DNA of 64,000 nucleotides, taken from the NCBI RefSeq assembly GCF_009914755.1, contig NC_060935.1; one strand, written 5' to 3'. The notes below the pieces were generated by a model. The model saw only the letters and a list, made by a program, of their open reading frames with translations. It had not been told where the DNA came from and ran no database searches. Made by a program: the position numbers and the translations under genes. Shown here piece after piece: positions 38,175 to 51,699 of the stretch (positions are counted from its first letter, which is position 1; the number at the start of each line of letters is the position of its first letter). Source of the stretch: the human T2T-CHM13v2.0 reference genome, Homo sapiens.

Positions 38175-38806
38175 GTCTCGGACTTGAGGTCCTCAAAAGA
38201 AACTGTGCAGCCCAAATATAAACCCTTAAAGGGATTTTTATAAAGGGGTCTATAAAGGGATAATCTATAAAGGGGTATTTGTTTATTTTCAAATTTTGGC
38301 ATCATACAGAAACAAGAATCTTCAGTTTGCCTATGTGGTTAACATGGCATTCTCTTGTAAACTCCACGGTCTCTTTCTTTTCCACCCTGAGATTGATTCA
38401 GTCCCACTGCAGACATATCCCACCATCAACTCTTAAAATAGACCCAGTTCTCACTTTGGTGCAAGCCATGATGATCATGCATGACAGCTGGAGCATGGGA
38501 GTCCCACTACATATGAATGAGTGTGTTTCTACTCACAGGGAAGGCAGGGGAAAGAGCAGCTTTCAGGGCATTAGCCCCATTTTGCAGGCTTGGCTGCTCA
38601 CACCATTCCCAACTGCGCTGTGCTTTCAGCAGAATCCATGCATGACTTGAGGAACAAGGGTAGGGGAAGGGACATGCTAATTTTCAATGGTTTTTGAAAA
38701 ATTTATTCTTTAAACCTCAAACTTGTTAAAATTTAATAATGAACTTACTTATACTTCTAAAGTACTTCTAAATTGAAAAGTTCACCATTTAGATGGTGCA
38801 TCTTGA

Positions 38807-39194
<388 letters not shown>

Positions 39195-39909
39195 TGCAAG
39201 GTTGGCTGCTCTCTGTGACTAGCCATCAAAAGACAATGGGCTTGGTCTCCTCCCCAAAGACCAGTCCACAAGAGTAAAGGTGGCGGGGTGGACACTCACA
39301 CACTTGATCTATGGCCTTTGCCTTCCTCCTAAATGTCTATCCCTTGAGCTTGGGACATTCAACTGTCATTCCAGGGCTCTCCCAAACCAGATACAAATTT
39401 TAAAGTTTCTTTATCAATTAAAATGTCTTATTTCTCTTGTTATTTAATGGTATTTTCCAACATTTAAGTGGCTCTCCTCTTATTGCCTGCTATTTCCTTA
39501 ATGATAGAACCTGCTGAGGCCTGAAATTATAAAATTGCAAGATCAAAAAGTTCAGTTAAACAGCCACATGGTCTTGGCAAGGATAACAGAGAGCTCATTT
39601 AATCCAAGCCCAAGATGCACGTATCCATTATTATTTACTGATTGGAAGACATTTTGAACCTTGTATATATTTTAAATTTTAGTATAGAGAAGAGATTGGT
39701 AGTGGTAAATTCATAAAATAAAATACTATAAATAAATTTGAAAAGTTTGTCATCTAAGTATATCTCAACATATTGTTGGAGTAAGAAAAAGAAAGTGATA
39801 AAAGATGTACATAGTACAATGTCATTTATACAAAAGTTGAATATATAAAAGATACTAAATTATGTTTATGGAAAAATCATATGTTGTTAAAGTATTAATA
39901 CATGGATGG

Positions 39910-40352
39910 TGTTATGAGGTGAATTTTACGCCCCCAAAATTCATGTTGAACTCCTAACCACCCCCCCGCCTCAGTACCTCATAATGGGACCTTATCTGGA
40001 AAAAGGGTTATTGCAGAAATAGTTAGTTAAAATGAGGTCATATTGGAGTAGGATGGGCCCTTAATGCAGTATGACTAGTGTCCTTTTTATAAGAGGAGAT
40101 TTGGACATAGAGACACATGCACAGGGAGAAGACCATGTGAAGCTGGAGTTATGCCGCCCGGAGTCAAAGAACTACCAGAAGCTAGAGAGAGGCCTGGAGC
40201 CCATCCGTCTCTAGTGCCTTCAGAGGGAGCACAGCCCTGCCCACCCTTGATCTGTGACTTCCAGCCTCCAGAACTGCATGACAATGAATTTCTGTTACTT
40301 AAGCCACTTGGCTTATGGTACTTAGCTATGGCAACCCCAGGAAACTAAAACA
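39910..40352 (+). mobile_element. MLT1B/C-like MaLR LTR inserted in an old L1ME fragment (~39750-40590)
   Basis: tgttatgaggtgaatt..ggaaactaaaaca, with 5-bp TSD gatgg/catgg. Confidence 0.8.
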
Positions 40353-43300
40353 CATGGGAAAGATACACATGAACTTCAAGACAATGTCTACCCCTGGAGA
40401 GGTAGGAAAGGGAACAGGATTGAAGAGGAGCATATGAGACCTTTATTTCATTAATAATAAAATAAAAGACCTGCAGTATATATGGGAAAATGTTGCTAGT
40501 TGCTAAATTAGGTAGTAGACATACGGGTGTTTGTTATATTATTCTCTATACTTTTTAAATATATAAACTATCCCAAAATGAATCAAAAAGATATTCAGAG
40601 GAGTGTCTCAGCACAGCTAAGAACAGCAGTGTTGTCTCTGGTTGTTGGTTCTAAAGCTGTAATCAACCTAAAGCCCTGCCTCTCTTTCGTTATAAAGAAA
40701 GAGATTGCTGGGTCAGAGACTGAAGATGCTGAGAATCTATCAAGACCAGTTATGCAGAAGAAAACAGATAGCTGGCATAGAGAGAGATTTATTTTTAGAA
40801 ACAGCCACTTTATTCACTTGTCTCATCCCTTGAAGGTTCTTTATAATTGTGACTGCATCGCTCATCCAGCTTTGGGGTTGAGATGTAAGGTCAGAATTTT
40901 ACCAATTAGAGGAGTAGATCTTCATAGAAAAGACTGTCTCTGAAGCTAAAGCTCCTACAATATCCTGTCTAAAGACAGCTTGCCTGGGCAGTGGGTGATG
41001 TAATTTGATCTGTTAATACTTAACCAGGAGAGACTCAAGAATTCATACTGACATCTGCTGGACCCTTTGAATACTTCCTGGTGTAAGTTAGAACCAGAAA
41101 TTCTGGAGCAGGAGAACTCCCAATAGGCCCCTTTAGGGACTCTCTGACCTGGGGCGGGTGTGTCAGCATGCTGAGATATGCAACTTGAAATCAAATTTAA
41201 GATCTTTTGCTCACTGCACACGTTTAGCATAATACAACCATGACAGAATGAGGCAGGACATCTAGGGTATAATTAACAATCACTATTCTATGATAGTCTC
41301 AGCAACACAAATGCCAATTTGCTTGTCAAATTCCAAAGAGAGAGGAAGGGACCATGTGGTAACAATACAAAACAAGGTCTTTGTTTTCAGGGCTCAACTC
41401 AGCAACTGCTCTGTTCTTTGTGTAGCAGGAAAGAAAATCTTGTCAGCTCCTGGTCCACTGGGCTCTAGATACAAAGTTACTGTGTGGACATCTTTCCAGA
41501 ATCAAATTCCAATACAACTCAGTTCTCTGGATCTGTGGGGGAGTCTGTAAAGATGTAAATTGAGATCCAGGAGCCCAGTGGAGGAAGCTCAGATAACTAA
41601 GATAACAAGTTCCTTTGTTTGGGGCTTGTTGGATACACCCTATCAAAAGCTCTAGCAGTCATTAGATTTTGTTGCTGCTTAATAAAAACAAGAAAGCAAA
41701 TTGTTAATAGCTGGAGTTTGTTTGACAGGAAAAATTTTTCCAAGAGTGGAACTATCTGAAAAAAATTAAAAGAATTCTATTGTGGTATGCATGTTGAAAG
41801 CTATTCTATAGATAATAATAGAGTTAAATATTTTCTCCCAAAAAGGAACTATTATGACAAAATAATAAAATGTTTCTCTTTTACTCCATACTCTCCTGAT
41901 ATAAGAAAGAGTTGTATGACTTGAGTTGAAATTGGATTTTTAAGCAACTTTCATTATTTTTGTCCACTTTTAGATGAGAGTTAGTTCTCATATTCTTTCT
42001 GTTGAAGAAACAGGATGAGGGAAGGAGATAAACATTTACTGACGTGCGAGACAGTTTACATGCATCTTTGAATTTCATTCCAAGATATTGTTATGCCCAT
42101 CCTACAGATGCAAAACTTTTTCTCAAAGAGATTAGATGTTTTTCTCCAAATTTCATGACTATTAAGCAGCAGATTCAGGATAGGAATTCAGTTTGGTCTG
42201 ACTTCAAAGCCTATGTTTGCTTTCCCTTACATAATATTGTCTACATCTGATTATAATTGCTGGGTTAAAAGAAAAATTACCAGATTTTACTTAGATTTTC
42301 TTTGCGTCCCTAAACAATTGAAAGTACACATAATCCCAGTGTTTAGACTTGAACCACCTCTCTGTACTCTGATGTGAGAGAGAATCTGAAGGTGAAAATG
42401 GCAGTATGATCAGTGGGAAAAAAAAGTGAAGGCCAAATTGATAGAACTTTGGTTTTATATCCAAGGTAGGCATGGATCCAACAGCCATGGAGCAGTGGAG
42501 AGGATCTTACCCAACCCAGCCTGCCTGAGGGAGGCCGACCCACATCCACAAAACCCTGAGCCCTGCTCACTCTGTTTTTTGTTTTTTTTGTTTTTTTTAA
42601 AGATGTTGAAGGCAAGTTTCCAACCAGTCCTGCTTTCCCTGGACACAGGATAGTGGCTGTAAATGTCATCTGGGTCCACCCATTTATTGTGCTATTGACT
42701 GGGTACCTGAAAAGACAACAGTAGAATGCAGTTGAGAAGCACTCTTACGATGAAATGTAATGATCTAATTTATTCATTTTGTAAATGTTTATTTAGTGTC
42801 TTTTTTTGATGTCATAAGACAGAATACAGGTATGGGGGTCATCTAGATCTGGATGTAAATCTCAGTCAGCCACTTACTATTTAACCTGAGGCTATTATTT
42901 AATATCTCTGTACTTTATCTATGAAATGAGAATAACATCAAGCTCACATGGTTGTTGTAAGAATTAGAAATAATATATGGGATGTGTCTAACACAGAGCC
43001 TAGTACCTTGAAGGTACAAAACAAGATGCAACTTATTATTGTTTTGTTATTCCTATATTTAAAATAGTTATTGTGTTATATTGAGGTAATAGAGATTATA
43101 ATAGACCTGGGGGACAAATAAATGGAAGAATAGGAAACTTTCCCTGCCTTTGAGACATGCACATCTAGTCCTGGAGCCAGATGCATAAACACATGATGAT
43201 GGGATGAGAAAGGTTTTGTGAATGAGGTAAGGGCAAGCTGCTCTGGGAGCACCTCTTATGGTTTACTATTAGTTAGCTTAAATATAATTATATATAGGAG

Positions 43301-45060
43301 CTACAAATTAATATAGAGTCTAAAGATATTGGGTGCCTGTGGCATCCACCAGTGGCTCACAAAGGTTAGGCCCTAAGCCAGGAATCTCTGGGCCAAAGGT
43401 GGAAATTAGGTTTCCTTTCATGCATCAACTCTGATAATTGATAGTGTGTTCTTGCATGACTTTGTTAGTGAAAATTCTGAGCAGAGAAGTTTGCTCACAT
43501 TGTAGAAGCAGCATATCCAAGAGACTGAGAACTTGGCTTGTGGAGCCACACTGCTCTGTTGCTTGCTTGATCCTGGACAAGTTCCTCAACTTCCTTGTCC
43601 TTTAAGTGTCTTCATGTGTATGCCTGGTTCTGATCCAGGTTTTTTTCTGCCATATTCTGAGTTTTAGCTTTAGTTTTTGTGTGCTGGTTTTCAGTTCTTT
43701 CTATACCCCATACTAGCTGCTGTTATATTTTGGCCTTTGCTAGTTTATAACACTTTCTTATATCAGAGCTGATATGTAACAGCAAGGACTTCTCATTCTT
43801 TCTGTAATTGCTTAAATTCTAATCTTTAAAGTATAAAGTAACACAATATTGACCACATAAACTCCATAATCTTTGTTTTACTGCTTCAGGCATTTTAAAT
43901 TAAGCACCTATTTTGAATTAGACACTTTATTATCTCTGGTACAATCTGACAAAGTTATATTTACAAATGAGGAAATAGAGGCTTAGGGAAGTTAGGTGGT
44001 AACTACTAAGTGGAAGATCTGAAATGTAAACTTTGGTATTTTGGAGTCCAAAGTTTGAGCTTCTTCCTTTCTTACTACATGCTGCATGCTAGAACTTATT
44101 GTTTTCAGCACTTGGTTCTAGCACAAGTTAAGATACAGAACTTTGAAGAATATTGAGAAAGATGGGAAAATTAGCGGGAAAATGGGGTAGAGCTCTCAGA
44201 AAAGAAATTAGCAATTAAAAATCAAGTGCACTCAGGGACTTAGGATCTAATCCACTTGTATACTTTTGTGCAGGTGTGAGAATCAGGCTGGACTGATTTA
44301 GGTTCACGTAATGGAGGTGAGGAAGATCAGAACTGCAGAGCAGGCATGGCAGGATATCTGGCCTAGTGGGAACAGTGGAACTGGACCTCAGGGAGGGGAC
44401 AAGTAGAGCTAGCAGGCTGAAGCAGACAAGTAAGCCTATCAAAATACTGGAGTGCAAGACAGGGCTCCCACCTTTCTGGGTCCTAGTTCCTCAAAAGGTA
44501 TCCCAGAGAGAGTAAAATAGGCAGGTGGCAGCTTGGCCTCCCCTTGGACAATTTATCTTGCAGAAGGGCAAGGTGCCTGGAGCTTCCATTTTCCAATAAT
44601 AAGACAGAGATGAGGTACCCTGACTGACACACATTGAAAACAATGGAAAACAGTGAATAAGTTATATACAACATCTTATTAAAGACTTTAATGAGCTGGC
44701 AAGAGAATAAAAAACCATGAACCAAGCAAAACTGAAAATCCATGAGGCAAGTTTTTACCATAAAGGCATTTGATAAATCAGGTGGAAAACAGCCTTGCAT
44801 AATACTTTTGGATGAAAACGAAGTCCAGAGACTGCTGGACATACTGAGTCCGAAGAGAAGCCCCCAGCAAAAAGTTGGAGCTCTAAAGGATTTTGTCCTC
44901 AGTATAAGGGTAAGTTAGAAATAAACCCAGTCATCTGACCCAGAAGGCTGAAAGGAAAACTGCAGGTCTTGATTCTTGGCACCAATAGAGAGAGGGGAAT
45001 TTGTGCCATAAGATGGCCCTCACATGAGTTTTCAGACTTAATTTACATTATCTGGGTGAT

Positions 45061-45062
<2 letters not shown>

Positions 45063-45094
<32 letters not shown>
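45063..45094. repeat. (CA)n microsatellite
   Basis: Direct inspection. Confidence 0.95.
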
Positions 45095-45101
<7 letters not shown>

Positions 45102-45981
45102 ATCTCCAGCCCAAGAATTTTGATTAAAGTGGTTCTTTAATTAGTTGAAAGCACAGTTCTCTATGGAAGAAACAATTTCAAGGCCTCAAAGCATTTCCAC
45201 AGACAAAGCTCAAAGACATAGGAACTCAGTCCAAAATACCAGTGAGAAACAAAGAGAAATACAGCACTCTGAGAAACAGAGGAAAAAAATCAGAAGAGCT
45301 AGACCTACACTGAATATAGGTATCTGACTCATCAGATACAGAATATGAATAAGAATATTTAATTTTTAGAGAAATACAAAGTGAATTCACAATATTTGCA
45401 AAGGGCAAAACTATTAAAAATGACCAGATAGATTTAAAATAGAAACAACGAAACTTCTAAAGTTAATAAAAAATAAAATAATTGAAATGAGAATCCAATA
45501 GATGTTTTTAAAAGCAGATTAGAAGCAGCTAAACAGTGAACTGATGAACTGGAAGATATATCTGAAAAGGTGTACATTTGAGAGTACTTGTGGGCAATAT
45601 AGAAGAAAGATTAAGAAAAATTGAACACAGCGTTAACAGGTTTAATATGTATGAAACTGGAGTTCCAGAAGAGGAGGAGAGAATCAGGCAGAGATCATAT
45701 CTGAAGATGTAAGGGCTCAAAAACTTCCAACTTTGGTGAATGACATCATCATCATTATCCCATTCAGAAACTGTGATGATTTGATGATTTCTCAGTAGGA
45801 TAAATAAAAAGAAATCCATATGTGTAGATATAAAAATGAGACTGCAAAACATCAAAGACAATGACAAGATCTTAAAGGTAGACAGAGGAAAAAAACCAGA
45901 TTACTTTAAAAGAAATGATAGTTGGAACAACAGCCAGTTTCTTAACAGCAAAAATGAAAGCTGTAAGTGAAATACTGTCAA

Positions 45982-47297
45982 TGTATCGTACATTCATTTT
46001 CTATTGTTGTTATAATAAGTTATCACAAAATTTTCAGCTTAAAAACACACAAATGTAGTATCTTACAGTTCTGTAGGTAGGAAGTCCAGGTGGGCTCAAC
46101 TGGTTTGTCTGCTCTGAGTTTCACAAAGCTGAAATCAAGCTGTCAGCCAGCTGGGCTCTTATCGGAAGGCTTTGGGAAGAATTCACTTTCAAGCTCATAT
46201 GGTTGTTGGCATAATCCAGTTCCTTGCAGCTGTAAGACTGAAGTTCCTGTTTCTTTGCTGGCTGTCAGTGGGGGATAGCCATCAGATCCTGGAGGCCTCT
46301 CTCTGGTCCTCTATCTAGAGCCAGCAATAGAACCTCAAATTCTTCTCATGCTTGGAATCTTTTGATCTTCCCTTTTGCTGTATCTCTATTCTGCTGCGGC
46401 TACTGCTGCGTATCTCTGACTGAAGGCACAGAAAGTTCTCTGCTTTGAAAGGCCCCTTTAGTTAGATTGGACCCACCTGGATACTCCAAGGTACTCTTTT
46501 TCAAAGGTCAGTAGCCTTAATTACATCTACCAGTAGCCTTAATTATTCCTTGCAGCAGTAAGACTGAAGTTCCTGTTTCTTTGCTGGCTGTCAGCGGGGG
46601 ATAGCCATCAGATCCTGGAGGCCTCTCTCTGGTCCTCTATCTAGAGCCAGCAATAGAACCTCAAATTCTTCTCATGCTTGGAATCTTGATCTTCCCTTTT
46701 GCTGTATCTCTATTCTGCTGCGGCGGCTGCTGCGTATCTCTGACTGAAGGCACAGGAAGTTCTCTGCTTTGAAAGGCCCCTTTAGTTAGATTGGACCCAC
46801 CTGGATACTCCAAGGTACTCTTTTTCAAAGGTCAGTAGCCTTAATTACATCTACCAGTAGCCTTAATTATTCCTTGCAGCTGTAAGACTGAAGTTCCTGT
46901 TTCTTTGCTGGCTGTCAGCGGGGGATAGCCATCAGATCCTGGAGGCCTCTCTCTGGTCCTCTATCTAGAGCCAGCAATAGAACCTCAAATTCTTCTCATG
47001 CTTGGAATCTTTTGATCTTCCCTTTTGCTGTATCTCTATTCTGCTGCGGCTACTGCTGCGTATGTCTGACTGAAGGCACAGGAAGTTCTCTGCTTTGAAA
47101 GGCCCCTTTAGTTAGATTGGACCCACCTGGATACTCCAAGGTACTCTTTTTCAAAGGTCAGTAGGCTTAATTACATCTACTAGTAGCCTTAATTACATCT
47201 GCAAGTTTTCTTTTGCCGTGTAATGTAACCTATTGATAGGTTCCAGGCATGAGGGTGTGGACAACTTTGGGGTGGCAGCATTATTCTGCTGACCACA
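45982..47297 (-). mobile_element. MLT1 MaLR LTR containing a tandem triplication
   Basis: ttttctattgttgttataataagttatcacaaa..tcttacagttctgtagg at the start and ttattctgctgaccaca at the end. Confidence 0.8.
46220..47195. repeat. Tandem triplication, units of 326/324/326 bp
   Basis: Units start at 46220, 46546 and 46870 (ttccttgcagc.gtaagactgaag) and differ at only a handful of positions. Confidence 0.97.
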
Positions 47298-49369
47298 AAC
47301 TAACAGAAAGTAACTATTTGGAAATATTTTTCAAGAATAAAGGGAGAATGACACTTTTACATTAGCAGTAACTAAGAGAATTTGTCACAAAACAACTCTC
47401 ACTAAAGAAAATGCTGAAGAATGTGTTTTAAGCAGAAAAAATGTGACCCAAGAAAAAAGGTCTGAAATGCAACAAGGAATGAAAGGTAAAAGTGTTGTGC
47501 ATTGTATAGATCAGTAGTAAATGCTTTGTAGATTAAGAAAAATAAGTTTAAATTAAAATATGTGACAATAATGTTTAATTGAGTGGAATAAATGTATTCT
47601 AAGGTCTTTATATTTGTTCCTTGAATGCAAATAGACTTATTGCGAAGAATGTACTTCAGGCAGAAGACATCTGCAGTGTCTGCTGGTCATCAATCAAATT
47701 TCTTATTTTATATATGTTATGATTTGGAATAAAGTCATGCTATCTTCTTAATAAAAGTTATATAAGTTTCTGGAATAATTTGTAAGATAGAAATATTTTG
47801 AATAATCAGTAAAATTTCTCAATAAGATCATCTAGTGTTCTTTATGGGAAGATTTTTAGAAGTACCAATTCAATTTATTTAGGGATTATTGCACAATTCA
47901 CCTTTTTTTTTTCTAGAGTCAGCTTGGGTAAATTGTATTTTAATTCGTGTTTCAATTACTTATTAGCATAAAACTTTCAAAATATCCCTTTATTACCTTT
48001 TAAATTCTACTGAGTCTGAATTATGTACTATTACTCATTTCTGGTATTTTTGGGCTTTTATTGTTTATATTGATCAAGCTTGCCAGAAGCTTGTAAATTT
48101 TACTAGTTTATTTAAAGTACTAATTCTTGGTTTTGTACATTCTCTCTATTATATGTTAATTTTATATTTCATTAAAAAACTTTATTTTTCGGTATGGTAG
48201 GTATTTTCAGGTATATGTTTTTAAATTGTTCTTGCTTTTTTTTTTTTTTTTACTTTTAATCTTTCTGTATCCTTCTATTTTAGCATTTTTTTCAGTCATC
48301 ATAGTAAAATTTTCCTAAAACTTAAAAGTACATGAAATCCTTTGCCTCAGTGAAATTTTCCAAGAGTCTTGTGGTTCTCTCAGGCTAGGAGTTTCTGCAG
48401 ATACTCATAGTGACAAAGTCCATTGAGCCTGAGACCACATGCATATTTGCTCAAGATTTGACATGATTTCCAGGAATAGGGGATGATGAAGCAGAATATA
48501 GGATTGAAATCTCAAAATGCTTCTTAGATGTGGAGAAGAAGTAATCTAACCAAGAGTTAGTTTTATTTTTAGGGAATATTTGTATTTTTGGAGAAGAGAA
48601 TAAAATAGGTTAAAATAAAGACCTTTCTAGAATAAGATCAAGATCAATATGATGTGATCTCAAAAAAAAAAAAGTAACACTTTGCACGTTATTCAGGATT
48701 TGAATTGCAAGGACATGCACCAGAATAAAAACATTTCCAGATGTCTTAGGAACTGCATTGGCCTTCATAGGGATCTATTAGCAACTTTAAGGTCACTTAT
48801 TACTAAATAGAGACTTCTTGGTTATGTCCATCATCTGTGAAGAATGAATTACTAAATTTTACAGAGAATAGACTAGTAAAGACAAGAAAAACATTTCTTA
48901 AGTGGGTAGAATGAGGTGCTGTAAGAAAGGCAAATATTTTTCCTATATACCTTGGCTACTATAGCAGACTATATAAAATCCTGTGTCCAAATTAGAAGCT
49001 ATCTTATTATGCACATCTTTTTGGTAGAAGTTGTAGTTGTACCCAAGATTGTAGTTGTACCCAAGATTGGTGAGCAATGAAATGCTCCAGCACACATACA
49101 AAGTGGAAAGTTTGAACACTGCTTTCATCATAAAGTGGAAAAGGTCTCTGAAGAAAGGTATATTTTTCTTCATATATTTCAGAAGTTCCAATTTTAACAT
49201 CCAATCCACTTTCCCAACCACTTCATGCAAGTTTCCCAGGTAAGTTTAGAAAAGAAAGATTTCATGGTTGGGTTGAAGAGTGGAAGATAGGAAGACACTC
49301 AGAGATGATGGGCTATATGCTACATCAGTCTCTATTAATCAGTGAAGCAGAAAATAGAAGCTATTATTG

Positions 49370-50685
49370 CATGTTTTATTCCTTTGTGTAAATTCGGATT
49401 TCTATTTAGTATCATTTTTCTTCTGATTGAAGACCTTTTAAAATTTCTTGTAGCATATACATCTACCAGTGTTGAATTCTTTCAGCTTCTGTGAGTCTGA
49501 AAAACTATTTCTTGCAGGATGTAAAATTCTTGGTTAACAGTTTTTTTGTCCACCATTCCTCTAGCGCCAGTTTTGCTCCACTGCCTTCTGGCTTGTATTG
49601 TTTCTGATGAGAAGTCTGCTGTCATTCTTATCTTTGCTCCTCTATATAATGTGTCTTTGATCACTTGTGGTTTCAAAATATTTCTCTTCATGATCTGTCT
49701 TAAGCAATTAGGTTATAATATGCTCTATGTATTTCTGATTCACTCATTCTTCTCTCACTCAAGGACTCCAATTACATGCCTATTGGGCTGAATGAAAATT
49801 TCCCACAGCTCACTCATACTCTATTCATTTCCCCCCAGTTTTTGTTAAAATTTTATTTTATTTTGAATAATTTATATTGCTATGTCTTCAGGTTCACTAA
49901 AACTTTCTACTGGACTATCTAGTCTGCTGTTAGTGCTATCTAATATACTCTCATCTCAGACTTTGTGGGCTATATCTCTAGATGTTCAATTTGGGTCTTT
50001 TAAAAATATACCTATCATGTCTTCACATGCTCTTTCTTCTACCTTCTTAACATACTCTACCTTCTTGAAGATATAGTGTATATTTGTAGTAACTATTTTA
50101 ATATTGTTCTATGCTAATTCAATCTTCTATGCCATTTTCAGATCTGTTTCTATTGATGGAGTTTTCTTATTATGGGTTCTAGTTTCATGCTTCTTTGCAA
50201 GGCTAATTATTGATTGGATGCAAGACATTGTGAATTTGCTTTAGGGGTACTAGATATTTTATCTTCATATAAATATTTTTGAACTTTGTGTGGGATGTAG
50301 TTAAGTTATTTGAAAACAGTTTGATAATCTTCAGAGCTCTCTCTCTGTGCAGCTCTCTCATCACTGATAATCTGCCCTATCAACTCTAGCTGCCTTGGCT
50401 TCTTGGACTCCTAATACCATCTTCTCAATTCAGGAAGACTACCAACCTCTGCCTGCATTCCACCTCCTTGCACTGTAGCCTGGAAACACTCATTAGGTTG
50501 TCAGATGGTACAATCAGAGGTCTCACTTAATTTGTTTTCTCTTTCTGAGAGAATTTACTGTCCCACACTGATGATGTCCAGTGTCTGAAAACAATTGATT
50601 TGTATATTTTTCCAAGATTTCAATTGCTTCAGGTGAGAATCAAGTCTAGTCCCTGTTACTACATCTTGGCCCAAAGCAGAAGTTG
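49370..50685 (-). mobile_element. Old L1M 5' end/ORF1 relic
   Basis: Minus ORF KIRMTADFSSETIQARRQW is L1 ORF1-like. The element starts acttctgctttgggccaagatg. Confidence 0.75.
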
Positions 50686-51699
50686 CCCTTCTATTAATTA
50701 CAAAACTCAGATATTCACTGACTATAAAGAAACTACTTTAGTCAGAAAATCCTTTCTTGCTTTCAGATTGTCTTTCAACACATAATAAAAATCTAATTGA
50801 CATGTTTTAGGTGATGACTATGAAATAGACTCAGACTGTTCCATTTAAATAGATATGATTCTCGATCAGTGAAGGATCATTAACTGTTTTCATGCTGGAA
50901 ACAATTAGATTCAAGAATCTGAAAATCAAGATGGCAGAAGTTATAGTCTCTAAAATGACAAATAATATTTTAAAACAAATGAATTGAGATATCAGCAATT
51001 CCTTGACCTATAAAAAGTGTTTGCCTTCACTTGTCTGGAAGAAACAATGCTGCTGAGAAAGAATTTGCTATGGCATCAAGAAATTAAGTACTTTAAGCCC
51101 CATGCTACTTGTTGTTCACATCAGGATTGGCCAAATTATCTGATTATTCAGAGTCTGTCTATGTATGTTTCAGTTCCTCAGTCACAGCATTTTTAGAACA
51201 GTACTGTAACCTCAACCTAATCCTTAGCAGTGGTCATAAAGGCTGAAGTTTCATAAGACTATATGGATACTATAGCAGTTTTTCTTGTAGCTTTAGTTTC
51301 TTGAAAAAATGCTGTTTGAAAGTAAGAATTACTCTAAATACCTACATTATTAACTTCAAATTGGTATAGAAAATGTAACATCTGTTATTGATACAGAGAA
51401 ATACAAGGTATTCTGCAATTTTTACATTTTTGCGTTTATTTGAATCTGAATTCCTTATGATAAAATATCCAATTAACTTGCAGTCACTGCTTGTCAAACA
51501 ATGTTACCCTACTCAGTATGTCAACAATTTTGTTTTCAAAGGTATATCTATTTCATTAAATAGTTATTATTTTATTAATATAGTAATACTTTTCCCCTTC
51601 CAGGTGCTCAAACATTTAGATACTGTTATCCTTTTGGAATGGGTACTTTGATTAAATCTTTGCCTATTATATATTAAAGTAGCCTATTAAATATTCAAT

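Larger units (their letters stand above)
44480..47620 (+). mobile_element. Old L1M 5' UTR/ORF1 relic interrupted by MLT1 (45982-47297)
   Basis: ORF1-like segments (ggagttccagaagaggaggaga; acagccagtttcttaacagcaaaaatgaaagc) that resume after the LTR (agagaatttgtcac..actaaagaaaatgctgaag). Confidence 0.65.

Noticed and set aside
46220-47195. CRISPR-like or prokaryotic repeat array
   Set aside because: The units are head-to-tail ~326-bp copies with no unique spacers, in primate LTR DNA.
48943-49243. Processed pseudogene of a cellular gene (MORC-like was considered)
   Set aside because: No sustained recognisable similarity and no poly(A)/TSD. An old LINE relic explains it better.
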